A stretch of 64,000 bases of DNA from Squalus acanthias (lineage: Eukaryota). The DNA lies in assembly GCA_030390025.1 (NCBI GenBank), contig JASTWF010000334.1, positions 186,001-250,000 on the forward strand. Direction: 5' to 3'. The notes beneath the pieces are model-generated. The model was not told where the DNA came from. It made no database searches and worked only from the letters and a program-made list of their open reading frames with translations. This document shows positions 50,836 through 61,941 of the stretch, piece by piece. Position numbers and translations under genes: made by a program. The first letter of the stretch is position 1, and each line of letters begins with the position of its first letter.

Positions 50836-50990
50836 CTCTTTTTCTCTCTCCCAGTTGTCTGATGTGATGAGGTTTCGAGTGCCACTGCATATATATATCG
50901 CAGATTGTGGAGACCTTTGGAACCATTGAAATCAGATCCAATTGGCTGGACCATTAATGATGTCAAAATTGCTGCTGGCCAATCAGTGAC
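50836..50990 (-). promoter_or_regulatory. Putative Pol II promoter and UTR exon 1 of the left-arm gene
   Basis: TATA-like atatatatat (50889-50898), CCAAT motifs (~50938-50946, ~50979-50983) and a donor |gtagga after 50836, followed by a 78-nt intron. Confidence 0.6.
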
Positions 50991-51564
50991 TGGCAGCTCA
51001 GAACAGGAGGGACTGGAAACCACTGGAATGTTTTGTGAGCGACACATGAGATTGTACAACGTGGCACTGTAACTGCTCACTGAGAAATGGAAACTGCAGT
51101 CACGCTTTCTGACCCAGTGATCAGCTTGTTAGGAAATGCATTTATGATATTAGGATTTGATGAATATTATCAATGAGAACATTGGATTTGGTGGCCATTA
51201 TATTGAGGTGAAAACCCCAAAAATAAAGTGATAATACTCACAAAAACTTGAGAATTTTTATATAGAACAATCCAATCCCTTTTGTAATACTGTAGATCTG
51301 AACCCCATCTATTCCCCCATTTCTCACCATGGCGGAAGGTCTCCTTCATGCACTGGCTGCAGTGAGATTGTAATCTGTTTGTAAAGAACAGGGTTAATTC
51401 AGAATCATTGGCACCTTTGAAAAAGGAGCTGGATCGATGTCTGTTCAGAAGGGGGATTGAGGGATGAGGAGATAACAGAACCTCTTGGTGTTTTTCCAGG
51501 GACAGAACAGAGCATTCCCTAAACCAACAGGTGGTGTAACCCTCTAGACCCAAAAGTCCTGTCC

Positions 51565-51915
51565 TGCTTCAGTTATACAGTGCCTTGGTCAGACCCCATT
51601 TGGAGTGTTCAGTTCACTTTTGGGCACCACATCTCAGGAGGGATATATTGCTCTTGGAGTGGGTGCAGTGGAGAATCACCAGAATGATACCGGGGCTCAG
51701 AGGAGTAAATTATGAGGACAGGCTGCATAAACTTGGCTTCTATTCCCCAGAGTATAGAAGACTGAGGGGTGAACTGATTGAGGTTTTTAAAATGTTTAAA
51801 TGATTTGACGGGTAAATGGAGTTGACGTGCAGATCAGTTGTGATCTAATTGAATGGCGGAGCAGGCTTGAGGGACTGAATGGCCTACTCCAATTCCTAAT
51901 GACCTACGTTCCTAT
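51565..51915 (+). mobile_element. CR1 3' fragment in the spacer of the inverted repeat
   Basis: Encodes LVRPHLECSVHFWAPHLRRDI..RRLRGELIEVFK; tail gaatggcctactcc..gttcctatg. Confidence 0.8.
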
Positions 51916-52904
51916 GCGCGGTTAGTGTCTGTGAAGGTTTCGACAGCCCTTGGATTTTATGTGACTATTTCATTTCAGTTCCTTTGAGACACACTTTGGC
52001 TGTGAGCCAAAGTACTGAGCACCAGTGTAGAAATGTTCCCTGTAAGCTGCTCGGCTTGCTGGCTTTTCAATGTAAAAACCAGACATGCCCAGTATTATAA
52101 ATGGCCCATGGGGGCTGCGCGGTGCCAAACAAAATTACAGAGAACACGGCAATGTAGTCGTCAAAAAGTCAGGAACCGTCTTCATGCTGAAAGGAGTCAC
52201 AAAGCACAGAAGAGAGGTGGGCTTGTGTGCCTGATTCCACGACCCCACTGGCTCCTTGAACCCTATGTGGGAGGATCTGATCTGTGTACTGGGTGCAGTG
52301 AATATGTAAACACATTCATTGGAACAGGAGCGAGTGTGGAGGAAGAAAAGGCCATTCGACCCATCAATCCCACTCCATTCAAAGTCCAGGTCTCATTATT
52401 CCATCATGGATTGCCTCCCACACCACCAGTTGGTTTAGGGAATGCTCCATTCTGTTCCTGGAAAAAACATCAAGCTGTTCCGTTATCTCCATATCCCTCA
52501 ATCCCCCTTCAGAACAGACATCAATCCAGCTCCTTTTGAAAGATGCCAATGATTCCCAATTGACCCTGTTCTTTACAAATGGGTTACAATCTCACTGCAG
52601 CCAGTGCATGAAGGACAACTTCCGCCATGGTGAGAAATGGGGGAATAGATGGGTTTCAGATCTATTACAAAATGAATTAGATAAATTCTCATGTTTTTGT
52701 GAGTATTATCCCTTTATTTTTGGGGTCGTTACCTCAATATTGTTCTCATTGATAATATTCATTAAATCCTAATATCATAAATGCATTCACTTACAGGCTT
52801 TTTATTTCAGGTTCCCGATGAAATGGGGAGCTGATGTGATGGAAAGGTGGTTCATTGCTTAATTTAGATGATTATCAAAACCGTATTAAGAGCAGTGTTG
52901 CAAG

Positions 52905-53285
52905 AATGTACTCGTTAGAGCAGAGAAGGCTAAGGGGAAATTTGATAGAGGTGTTTGAAGTCATGAACTGTTTAGATGGAGTCGGTAAAGAGAAACTGTT
53001 TCCTATGGCTGAAGGGTCGCTAACCAGAGGGCACAGATTTAAGGTGATTGTCAAAAGAATCAGAGGAGACACAAGGAAAAACTGGTTAGAATTTGGAATG
53101 CACTGCCTGATAGGGTGGTAGATACAGATTCAATAGTAGGGAATTGGATAAATACTTGTAGGAAAAGAATTGCGGGGATATGGGAAAGAGCGGGCGTGTG
53201 GTACTAAATGGACTGCTGTTTGAAGGAGCCGGCGCAGACTCGATAGGCCGAATGGCCTCCTTCTGTGCTGTACTATTCTATGATA
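52905..53285 (+). mobile_element. CR1 3' fragment in the right arm only
   Basis: Encodes YSLEQRRLRGNLIEVF..TRGHRFK; tail gaatggcctccttctgtgctgtactattctatga. Confidence 0.8.
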
Positions 53286-53419
53286 CTAAAATGGGGTCAG
53301 GAAGCGTGACTGCAGTTTCCATTTCTCAGTGAGCAGTTACAGTGCCACGTTGTACAATCTCATGTGTCGCACACAAAACATTCCAGTGGTTTCCAGTCCC
53401 TCCTGTTCTGAGCTGCCAG

Positions 53420-53569
53420 TCACTGATTGGCCAGCAGAAATTTTGAGATCATTGATGGTCCAGCCAATTGGATCTGATTTCAATGGTTCCAAAGGTCTCC
53501 ACAATCTGTGATTTATATATATGCAGTGACACTCGAAACCTCATCACATCAGACAACTGGGGGAGAGAG
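53420..53569 (+). promoter_or_regulatory. Putative Pol II promoter and UTR exon 1 of C-type lectin gene B
   Basis: ctgattggcc (~53423), cagccaattgg (53461), TATA tttatatatat (53512-53522) and a donor |gtagga at 53570, followed by a 78-nt intron to 53647. Confidence 0.62.
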
Positions 53570-53675
53570 GTAGGAATGGGAGCGGGAAATCTCAATCTTT
53601 AATTTGAAACCTTGACACTAATGTTGAATCTTTTCCTTGTGTTTCAGGTTAGAGGAAAGGAACTTCACTGCAGAC

Positions 53676-53730
53676 ATGATGCTGGTGACAGTTTTGGTGC
53701 TGATTGCATTGCTCGTCAGTGATGTGGCAG
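53676..53730 (+). CDS. C-type lectin gene B, signal-peptide exon (MMLVTVLVLIALLVSDVA); whole exon 53648-53730
   Basis: Acceptor ttttccttgtgtttcag| and phase-1 donor |gtaggg. The phase matches the CTLD exon at 63690. Confidence 0.85.
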
Positions 53731-53751
53731 GTAGGGCCAAACAGACACAGT

Positions 53752-54457
53752 GGGCTTGATTTTGTCATTGGGGTGGGCTGGGGTCATGTCATCCGCTTTT
53801 CATGTTAGCCACCCGACTCCAATTGGATGTGGGAGAATTATTTGATTTTCCCCTAATTGCGCAATTGAGTTCCAGCATGTGGGAACCCATGACGCAATTC
53901 GTTTTTTCAGTCTGAAAGTCGCCTGTGATGATGTCATCATTGCTGCTGCATTTAAGGTCTGCAAAGACTGGGAAGCTTTTGGCCTTTGCTGTGAGAGGGA
54001 CCTGGAGGCAAAATGAGGAGCAGGAGACCTAAATCTGCTCCCAGATTTTTTTTGTACCACCACCACTGTTATGACTGCTAAAAGTTCCCCCAGAATGATG
54101 ATTGATCAAATCTCCTTCTTAATGGTGGACCTGCAGCTGATAGTCAGCAATCCAAGTGTGCTACCGCCAGGTTTCACTGTCATGTTTCAGAGGAGGCGTG
54201 CATCACGTCGGAAAAGTGTTAAAATCAGAAAGGCCTCTCAAAATGGGATTATAGAGGCAATTAAGTGGCTGTTAAGGGCCTTAAGGGCCTATCCCGCCTC
54301 TTGGAGGCGGGACGGAGACGGGATCAGAAACCACGCATTTGGGAAAATTGCTCGGAGGTGGGATGGAGGCGGGGTCGGGCCCGCCCGCCATTTTTTGCAA
54401 TTTTAACACCCCACACGCCTCCATTCCTGCCTCCTCGGGCCTGGCAAAATCGAGCCA
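53752..54457. mobile_element. Non-autonomous Harbinger-type MITE
   Basis: TIRs gggcttgattttgtca / tggcaaaatcgagcca, flanked by agt/ggt. The left arm has the empty site (agacac-ggt-gtgtgagg), implying a 3-bp TSD. Confidence 0.85.
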
Positions 54458-55354
54458 GGTGTGTGAGGACAGGTTAGTGCTGTGAGGTGAAGAGTTAGTG
54501 GATTACCTGCTGTGTAAATTAGAGGGAATAGAAAGGGGTGGCACCTGAAGGAATTTCCTAAAATGGGCAACTATCTAACTTTGCAAACCACCAATATTCT
54601 ACCCTGTCCATTCCCATGCTCCGCTCACACCCCGTACCCTTTAATATCCCACTCTCATGCTCACACCACATTCCCTTTAATAACCCATCCAGTCTAATCC
54701 CACTCTCCTGCTCACTACCATACCCTCCAATAGTTGATTTTTAACAGATATCTATTTCTCATTTGAAAGAATTGATGGGCTCGGCTTCATCACCAATTTT
54801 TGGCAGAGAATTCCACATTCTCACCATCCGCTGTGGAGAAATAGGCTCTGAAATTCGACGGCCCACAGACTGGACAACGACACTGGGGTTTTACCCAACA
54901 CTGCCCTCAGCACTGACCCTGCCCCGGAGTATGGGGGTAAGTGGGAGTCCTCTCATTAGCATGGGTTCAACGGCCACTGGCGCCTCTATGGGGGCATCTC
55001 AGACCCTACACTGCCCGAAACATGGGCACCTGCTGCCAACCAGGGGTGCTTCCAATTCCTTCCCCTCCATAAACATTATTGTGTCCTGTTCAGCCCCCAC
55101 TACTTGATCTTCAGGGTCCAGGCTTCTTCTCTGGCCTGGAATCCCCGCCCCTGGTGGGCCCGGATCCTGTGTCCAGATCCTGTTGAGTTACAGCTGGCCA
55201 ATTTGGGGACGTAGTTTATTTTTAATTTGTGCCTCTCGTTACCCTCACACCAACCAATAGAAACTGATCCAGTGAATTCCTCAATTGGCATTGAGTGAGT
55301 TCACTCGACAGGATTTCATTCACTGATCATTGATTAAACTGTTGTAGGTGTTGC

Positions 55355-55605
55355 GGGGGAGATAGTGTCTAATAACCCAGAGGTGGGGGATAGTGTCTAA
55401 TAACCCTGGGGGATGGGGGAGGAATAGTGTCTAGTAACCCGGGGCAGTGGGTGCAGGATAGTCTAATATCCTGGGGGTGAGGGGAATAGTTTCTAGTATC
55501 CCCGGGACGGGGGTTGGTCATAGTGTATAAAAGTCCCGGAGGGGGGGGATTATTCTCTAATAACCACAGAGTGGGAACGTATAGTGACTAAAAACCCCGG
55601 GGGGT
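55355..55605. repeat. Short degenerate tandem repeat (gggggatagtgtctaataaccc core)
   Basis: About 8 units; inverted copies lie at 49295-49345 next to the gap. Confidence 0.8.
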
Positions 55606-56824
55606 TGGGGGTGTGTGGGTGTGCCAGGGGGTGTGTTGTGGTTTAGTAGTATTTTATAATTCCAGGGGAAGGTGTAGAGTTTAAAGGGCAGATGTTAGTT
55701 GAAAGGGGGGAGCAGAATTTAAAGGGCCAATGGTAATTTTTCGTGGGGAGCAGTGTTTAAAGTGCCGATGGTAGTTGATGTGGGCCTAGTCTCTGGATCC
55801 TGAGCTCCTGGGCCTCCCTCCCACCACCAGTAACACTGACCCAGTTAATGTAACAATCACCACTGATTTCATGTGGAACAGAATCTCAGCCAATGAGTTG
55901 AGCTGCTCCATTGTTGAAGGATCTCCATCTCAACGGGTGGATTAATTCCCAGCAGATTGTTTTCATTTCTCCCAGTGGAAAACTGACATTACTCTCTCTG
56001 AAAGATCATTAATGAGGCCTTAACAAGTAAGAACAGATTTTTCAACAATTATAATTGTTATCATTTTATCAGTTCCCTTTTTTTGCTCGTAAACAGGGAG
56101 CAGTGCAGAGAAGGAGATAACTGGGGAGAGGGGATTCAGCATCTTCATAAGAACATAAGAAATAGGAGCAGGAATAGGCCACTTGGCCGCTCCGCCATTG
56201 AATAAGATCATGGCTGATCTTGGGCTCAAAGCCACTTCCCAGCCCGCTCCCCATAACCCTTCACTCCCTTATCGTGCAAAAATTTGTCTATCTCCACTTT
56301 AAATGTATTTAATGACCCAGCCTCCGCAGCTCTCTGGGGCAGAGAATTCCACAAATTTACGACCCTCTGAGAGAAGAAATTCCTCCTCATCTCAGTTCTA
56401 AAAGGGCGACCCTTTATTCTGAGACTGTGCCCCCGAGTTCTAGATTTCCCCATGAGGGGAAACATCCTCTCTGCATCTACCCTGTCGAGCCCCCTCTGTA
56501 ACTTATATGTTTCAATAAGATCACCTCTCATTCTTCTAAATTCCAATGAGTATAGGCCCAGCCTGCTCAACCTTTCCTCATAAGTCAAACCCCTCATCTC
56601 TGGAATTAACCTAATGAATCGTCTTTGAACTGCCTCCAATGCAAGGATATCCTTCCTCAAAGAAGGAGACCAAAATTGTACGCAGTACTCAAGGTGTGGT
56701 CTCACCAATACCCTGTACAGTTGTAGCAGGACTTCCCTGCTTTTATACTTCATCCCCCTTGAAATAAAGGCCAACATTCCATTTGCCTTTTTGATTAATT
56801 GCTGTACCTGCATGCTAACTTTTT

Positions 56825-57668
56825 GGACTGGATTTTGTCAATGGGGACGTGATGGAGGCGGGACTCCCACTTTTTGGGTTGTAGTCCCGCCTCCATTGAC
56901 TTGTGGCCAACCCACTGTATTTTCCCTTGATTGACCTTGTTAAGCCCGCCCAGCTGGCTTAGCAGGCCAATCAAGGGTCCCTTCGATACAGGTGACATCA
57001 GCCATTGAAATTTCATCTGTCAAGAGCTTTTGACAGATGAAATTTCAGCGTTTGACAGCTCTGTGAAGCTGTCAAACACTGACAATATGATTTCTAACGT
57101 GAGTCCCTGCACTCAGACTCAGTTAGAAATCAATCCAGCACAGAAAGCAGAGACTGCAGCTTTTGACAGCTCCGCGGCCATTCTGCTTTCTGTGCCGGTG
57201 AGCTGAGGGACTCCCGAGAACTGAAGGAAGGAAGCCTGCAGGACAAAGTTAAGGTAAGTACAAGTTCTTAAAACACTTTACACACAGCAAACACACTTAC
57301 TTCTGCACTCATGCACCCATCACTCACCTGCACACCGGACATCTCGACCCCTCCAAGCCCTCCAGACTGACGGTCCACCTCGCTAAATCGGCGTGGTTCG
57401 GACCTGTCGGGAAGCCCACACTTCAGGGCTAAAAATAGGGATTAGGCAAAAAACTGCCTGTTAACTACCTGTTAACAGGCAGTTTATTGGCACTAATCCC
57501 CTTCCCACCTCGGGGAGGCGGGTCCCAGCACAGATCGGGTACCCGCCTCCTGTGAAAGTGGCATGGAGGCGGGTTGGGGACGGGATGGGTTCGGGACCCC
57601 CGAATCTGCTATTTTAACCCCCCACATGCCTCCAAACCCGCCTCCACGGGTCAATGAAAATTCTGCCC
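56825..57668. mobile_element. Non-autonomous Harbinger-type TIR element with an internal hairpin array
   Basis: Ends ggactggattttg / gaaaattctgccc, with a TTT duplication inside CR1 RT sequence. The uninterrupted homologous site is at ~58631-58650. Confidence 0.85.
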
Positions 57669-58120
57669 TTTGTGTTTCATGCACAAGGACGCCCAGGTCC
57701 CTCTGAACTGTAGCATTTTGTAATCTCTCTCCATTTAAATAATAGTTTGCTTTTTTACTTTTCCTGCCAAAGTGGATAACCTCACACTTTCCCACATTAT
57801 ACTCCATCTGCCAAATGTTTGCCCACTCACCTAGCCTGTCTATATCCCTTTGCAGATTCTTTGAGTCCTCTGCACAACTTGCTTTCCCACCAATTTTTGT
57901 ATCATCCGCAAACTTGGCTGCATTGCACTCGATCCCTTCATAAGAACATAAGAACATAAGAAGTAGGAGCAGGAGTAGGCCATATGGCCCCTCGGGCCTG
58001 CTCCGCCATTCAATAGGATCATGGCTGATCCGAACCTAGACTCACGTCCACTTCCCTGCCCGCTCCCCATAACCCTTAATTCCCTTATCAGCTCGGAAAC
58101 TGTCTATCTCCGTTTTAAAT

Positions 58121-60946
58121 TTATTTAATGTCGCAGCTTCCACAGCTCTGAGGTAGCAAATTCCATAGATTTACTACCCTCTGAGTGAAGAAGTTTCTCC
58201 TCATCTCAGTTTTGAAACGGCAGCCCCTTATTCTAAGATTATGCCCCCTAGTTCTAGTCTCACCCATCAGTGGAATCATCCTCCCCGCCTCCACCCGATC
58301 AAGCCCCCTCACAATCTTATATGTTTCAATAAGATCGCCTCTCATTCTTCTGAATTCCAATTAGTAGAGGCCCAACCTACTCAACCTTTCCTCATAAGTC
58401 AACCCCCTCATCTCCAGAATCAACCGAGTGAACCTTCTCTGAACTGCCTCGAGAGCAAGTATATCTTTTCTTAAATATGGAAACCAAAACTGTACGCAGT
58501 ATTCCAGGTGTGGCCTCACCAGTACCTTGTATAACTGAAGCAAGACTTCCCTGCTTTTATACTCCATCTCCCTTGCAATAAAAAGCCAAGATTCCATCGG
58601 CCTTCCTGATCATCTGCTGTATCTGCATACTAACCTTCTGTGTTTCATGCACCAGGACCCCTTTGTACTGTAGCACTTTGCAGTTTCTTTCCATTTAGAT
58701 AATAACTTGCTCTTTGATTTTTTCTGCCAAAGTGCATAACCTCACACTTTGCAACATTATATTCCATCTGCCAAATTTCCGCCCACTCACTTAGCCTGTC
58801 TATGTCCTTTTGCAGGTTTTTTATGTCCTCCTCACTCACTGCTTTTCCTCCCATCTTTGTATCGTCAGCAAACTTGGATACGTTGCAAGAGTTGGGGTCC
58901 CAGCACTGACCCTTGCAGAACACCACTAGTTACTGATTGCCAACCCGAGAATGAACCATTTATCCCAACTCTCTGTTTTCTGTTAGATAGCCAATCTTCC
59001 ACCCATGCCAGTATATTACCCCCAATCCCGTGATTTTTTATCTTGTGCAGTAATCTTTTGTGTGGCACCTTATCAAATGCCTTTTGGAAGTCCAAATACA
59101 CCACATCCACTGGTTCCCCTTTATCCACCCTGTTTGTTACGTCCTCAAAGAATTCAAGCAAATTTGTCAAGCATGATTTCCCCTTCATAAAACCATGCTG
59201 AATCTGTCCGATTAAATTATGCTTATCCAAATGTCCTGTTACTGCTTCCTTAATAATGGACTCCAACATTTTACCAACCACAGATGTTAGGCTAACTGGT
59301 CTATAGTTTCCAGCCTTTTGTCTACCTCCCTTTTTAAATAAGGACGTTACATTAGCAGTTTTCCAATCTGCTGGGACCTTTCCCAAATCCAGGGAGTATT
59401 GGAAAATTACCACCAATGCATCCGCAATCCCTGCTGCTGCTTCTCTCAAGACCCTAGGATGTAAGCCATCAGGTCCAGGGGATTTATCCGCCTTAAGTCC
59501 CATTATCTTACCGAGTACCATCTCCTTAGTGATTTTAATCGTGTTTAGCTCCTGCCCCCCTATAGCCCCCCGTTTGTCCAGTGTTGGGATATTTTTAGTA
59601 TCCTCTACTGTAAAGACTGATACAAAATATTTGTTCAGCGTATTTGCCATCTCCGTGTTCCCCACTACTAATTTCCCGGTCTCGTCCTCTAAGGGACCAA
59701 CATTCACTTCAGCCACCCTTTTTCTTTTTATATAACTGTAGAAACTCTTGCTATCTGTTTTTATATTTTTTGCTAGTTTACTTTCATAATCTATCTTCCC
59801 CTTCTTAATTAATCTTTTAGTTATTCTTTGCTGGCTTTTAAATGCTTCCCAATCTTCTATCCTCCCACTAGATTTGGCTACTTTATATGCCCTTGTTTTC
59901 AGTCGGATACTTTCCTTTATTACTATACTTAGCCACGGATGGCTGTCTTTTCTTTTACGCCCCTTTTTCCTCAGTGGAATATATTTTTCTTGAAAGTTGT
60001 GAAATACCTCCTTGAATGTACACCACTGCTCCTGTACCGTCTTACACCTTAATCTATTTTCCCAGTCCACTTTAGTCAACTCTGCTCTCATACCTTCATA
60101 GTCTCCTTTATTTAAGCTTAGTACGCTGGTTTGAGATCCAACTCTCTCACCCTCCAACTGAATTTGGAATTCAACCATGTTATGGTCACTCATTCCAAGG
60201 GGATCCTTTACTAGGACATTTTTTATTAATCCTGTCTCATTACACAGGACCAGATCTAAGATTGCCTGCCCCCTGGTTGGTTCAGTAACGTACTGCTCAA
60301 GGAACCCGTCCCTAATGCACTCTATGAACTCTTCCTCAAGGCTGCCCTGCCCAATTTGATTTGTCCAGTCAATATGAAAGTTAAAATCTCCCATGATTAT
60401 AGCTGTTCCCTTCTTACAAGCCCCAACTATTTCCTGATTTATACTCCGACCAATAGAGTCACAACTGTTAGGAGGCCTATAGACTACGCCCACTAGTGAC
60501 TTTTTCCCCTTATTATTCCTTATCTCCACCCAAACTGTTTCACTATCCTGATCCTTTGACCCAATATCATTTCTCACTATTGCAGTGATTCCATCCTTTA
60601 TTAACATGGCCACCCCACCTCCCTTTCCTTCCTGTCTGTCCTTCCTAATAGTCAAATACCCCTGGATGTTTAGTTCCCAGTCATGGTCACCTCGCAGCCA
60701 TGTTTCTGTAATGGCCACCAGATCATACCCATGTGTAGCTATTTGTACCATCAACTCGTCTATTTTGTTACGAATGCTGCGTGCATTCAGATAAAGAACT
60801 TTTAAACATGTTTTGTGACAATTTATTCCTGCTTTTATCCCCTTTACTACTTTACCTTTATCTTTATATATTCTGTCCTTTCCTGACATGCTCTGGTTTT
60901 TAATTTCCCCACTGCTAATTTGCTCTATTGCCTTCTCCGCTGACAT
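58121..60946 (-). pseudogene. CR1 ORF2 (APE endonuclease + reverse transcriptase); open for 693 aa, then a small deletion and frameshifts
   Basis: Motifs LYLNARSIRNK, ITETWL, VYRPPN, MGDFN, SDHN, NYRPVSLTS, YLDFQKAFDKVPH, QGSVLGP and KFADD. Confidence 0.92.
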
Positions 60947-60948
60947 TT

Positions 60949-61941
60949 TTATTCTTCGCTCTCTTGAAACCTCCCCCCCACTAATAAGTTTAAAGCCCTC
61001 TCTACAGCCCTAGTTATTCGATTCGCCAGGATTCTAGTCCCAGCACTGGCCAAGTGAAGTCCGTCCCAACGGAACAGCTCTCTCCCATCCCAGTACTGGT
61101 GCCAGTGTCCCAAGAAGCAAAACCCTTTTCTCCCACACCAGTCTTTGAGCCACGCATTTAACTCTCTGATTTTATTTACCCTAGCCAAATTTGCTCGTGG
61201 CTCAGGTAGTAATCCAGAGATTATTACCCTTGTGGTTCTGCTTTTTAATTTGGCCCCTAGCTGCTCATACTCCCTCAGCAGAACCTCTTTCCTTGTCCTA
61301 TCTATGTCATTGGTACCAACATGGACCACGACAACTGGATCCTCCCCCTCCCACTCCAAGTTTCTCTCCAGCCCAGAGGAGATGTCCTTAACCCTGGCAC
61401 CGGGCAGTCAACACAACCTTTGGGACTCTCGCTCTCGGCTGCAAAGAACCCTATCTATCCCCCTTATGATACTATCCCCTACCACTACAACATTTCTTTT
61501 TACTCCCCCCACTTGAATGGCCCCCTGTTCCACGGTGCTGTGGCCAGGTTGCTCATCCTCCCTGCAGTCCCTGCTCCCGTCCTCACAGGGAGTAAGAGCC
61601 TCGAACCTGTTGGACAAGAGCAAGGGCTGCGGCTCCTCCAACACTACCTCCTGGATCCCCGTACCTGCCTCACTCATAGTCACACCCTCCTGTCCCTGAC
61701 CACGGACTACATCTGAATTAGTTAATCTAATTGGTGTGACTATTTCCTGGAACACAGAGTCCAGGTAACTCTCCCCCTCCCTGATGTGTCGTACTGTTTG
61801 AAGCTCGGACTCCAGCTCATCAACACGGAGCCAGAGTTCCTCGAGCAGCCAACACTTACTGCAAATGTGATCACCATGAGCATCAATGGTGTCCACCAGC
61901 TCCCACATATTGCAGCAGTAACACATCACCTGCTCTCCCAT
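60949..61941 (-). pseudogene. CR1 ORF1 (Cys-rich/leucine-zipper N-terminus + SGNH/GDSL esterase), one frameshift near 61408
   Basis: CYCC..HICSKC..LWLRVDELESEL, VVVVGDSIIRG, VHVGTND and DGLHL. Confidence 0.88.

Larger units (their letters stand above)
49295..55400. repeat. Large inverted duplication: left arm ~49295-51540, spacer ~51540-52420, right arm ~52420-55400
   Basis: Collinear reverse-complement matches: 51517-51537/52421-52440, 51135-51180/52741-52787, 50660-51115/53292-53750, 50212-50655/54458-54930 and 49301-49785/54930-55380. The ORF track shows twin ORFs at 50832-51080(-) and 53329-53511(+). Confidence 0.93.

Noticed and set aside
50832..53511. Twin ORFs MSSYSATLYNLMCR.. on opposite strands
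   Set aside because: They have non-ATG starts and overlap the promoter regions; they only reflect the inverted duplication.
54869..54936. Possible extra exon with a GTAAGT donor conserved in both arms
   Set aside because: It would be phase 1-0, incompatible with the phase-1 exon at 63690. The left-arm copy lacks the AG and is split by a SINE, and the segment looks like old repeat sequence.
56095..56146. Possible small lectin B exon after a pyrimidine tract and cag
   Set aside because: No donor before the CR1 tail and no recognisable motif; it is not needed for frame continuity.
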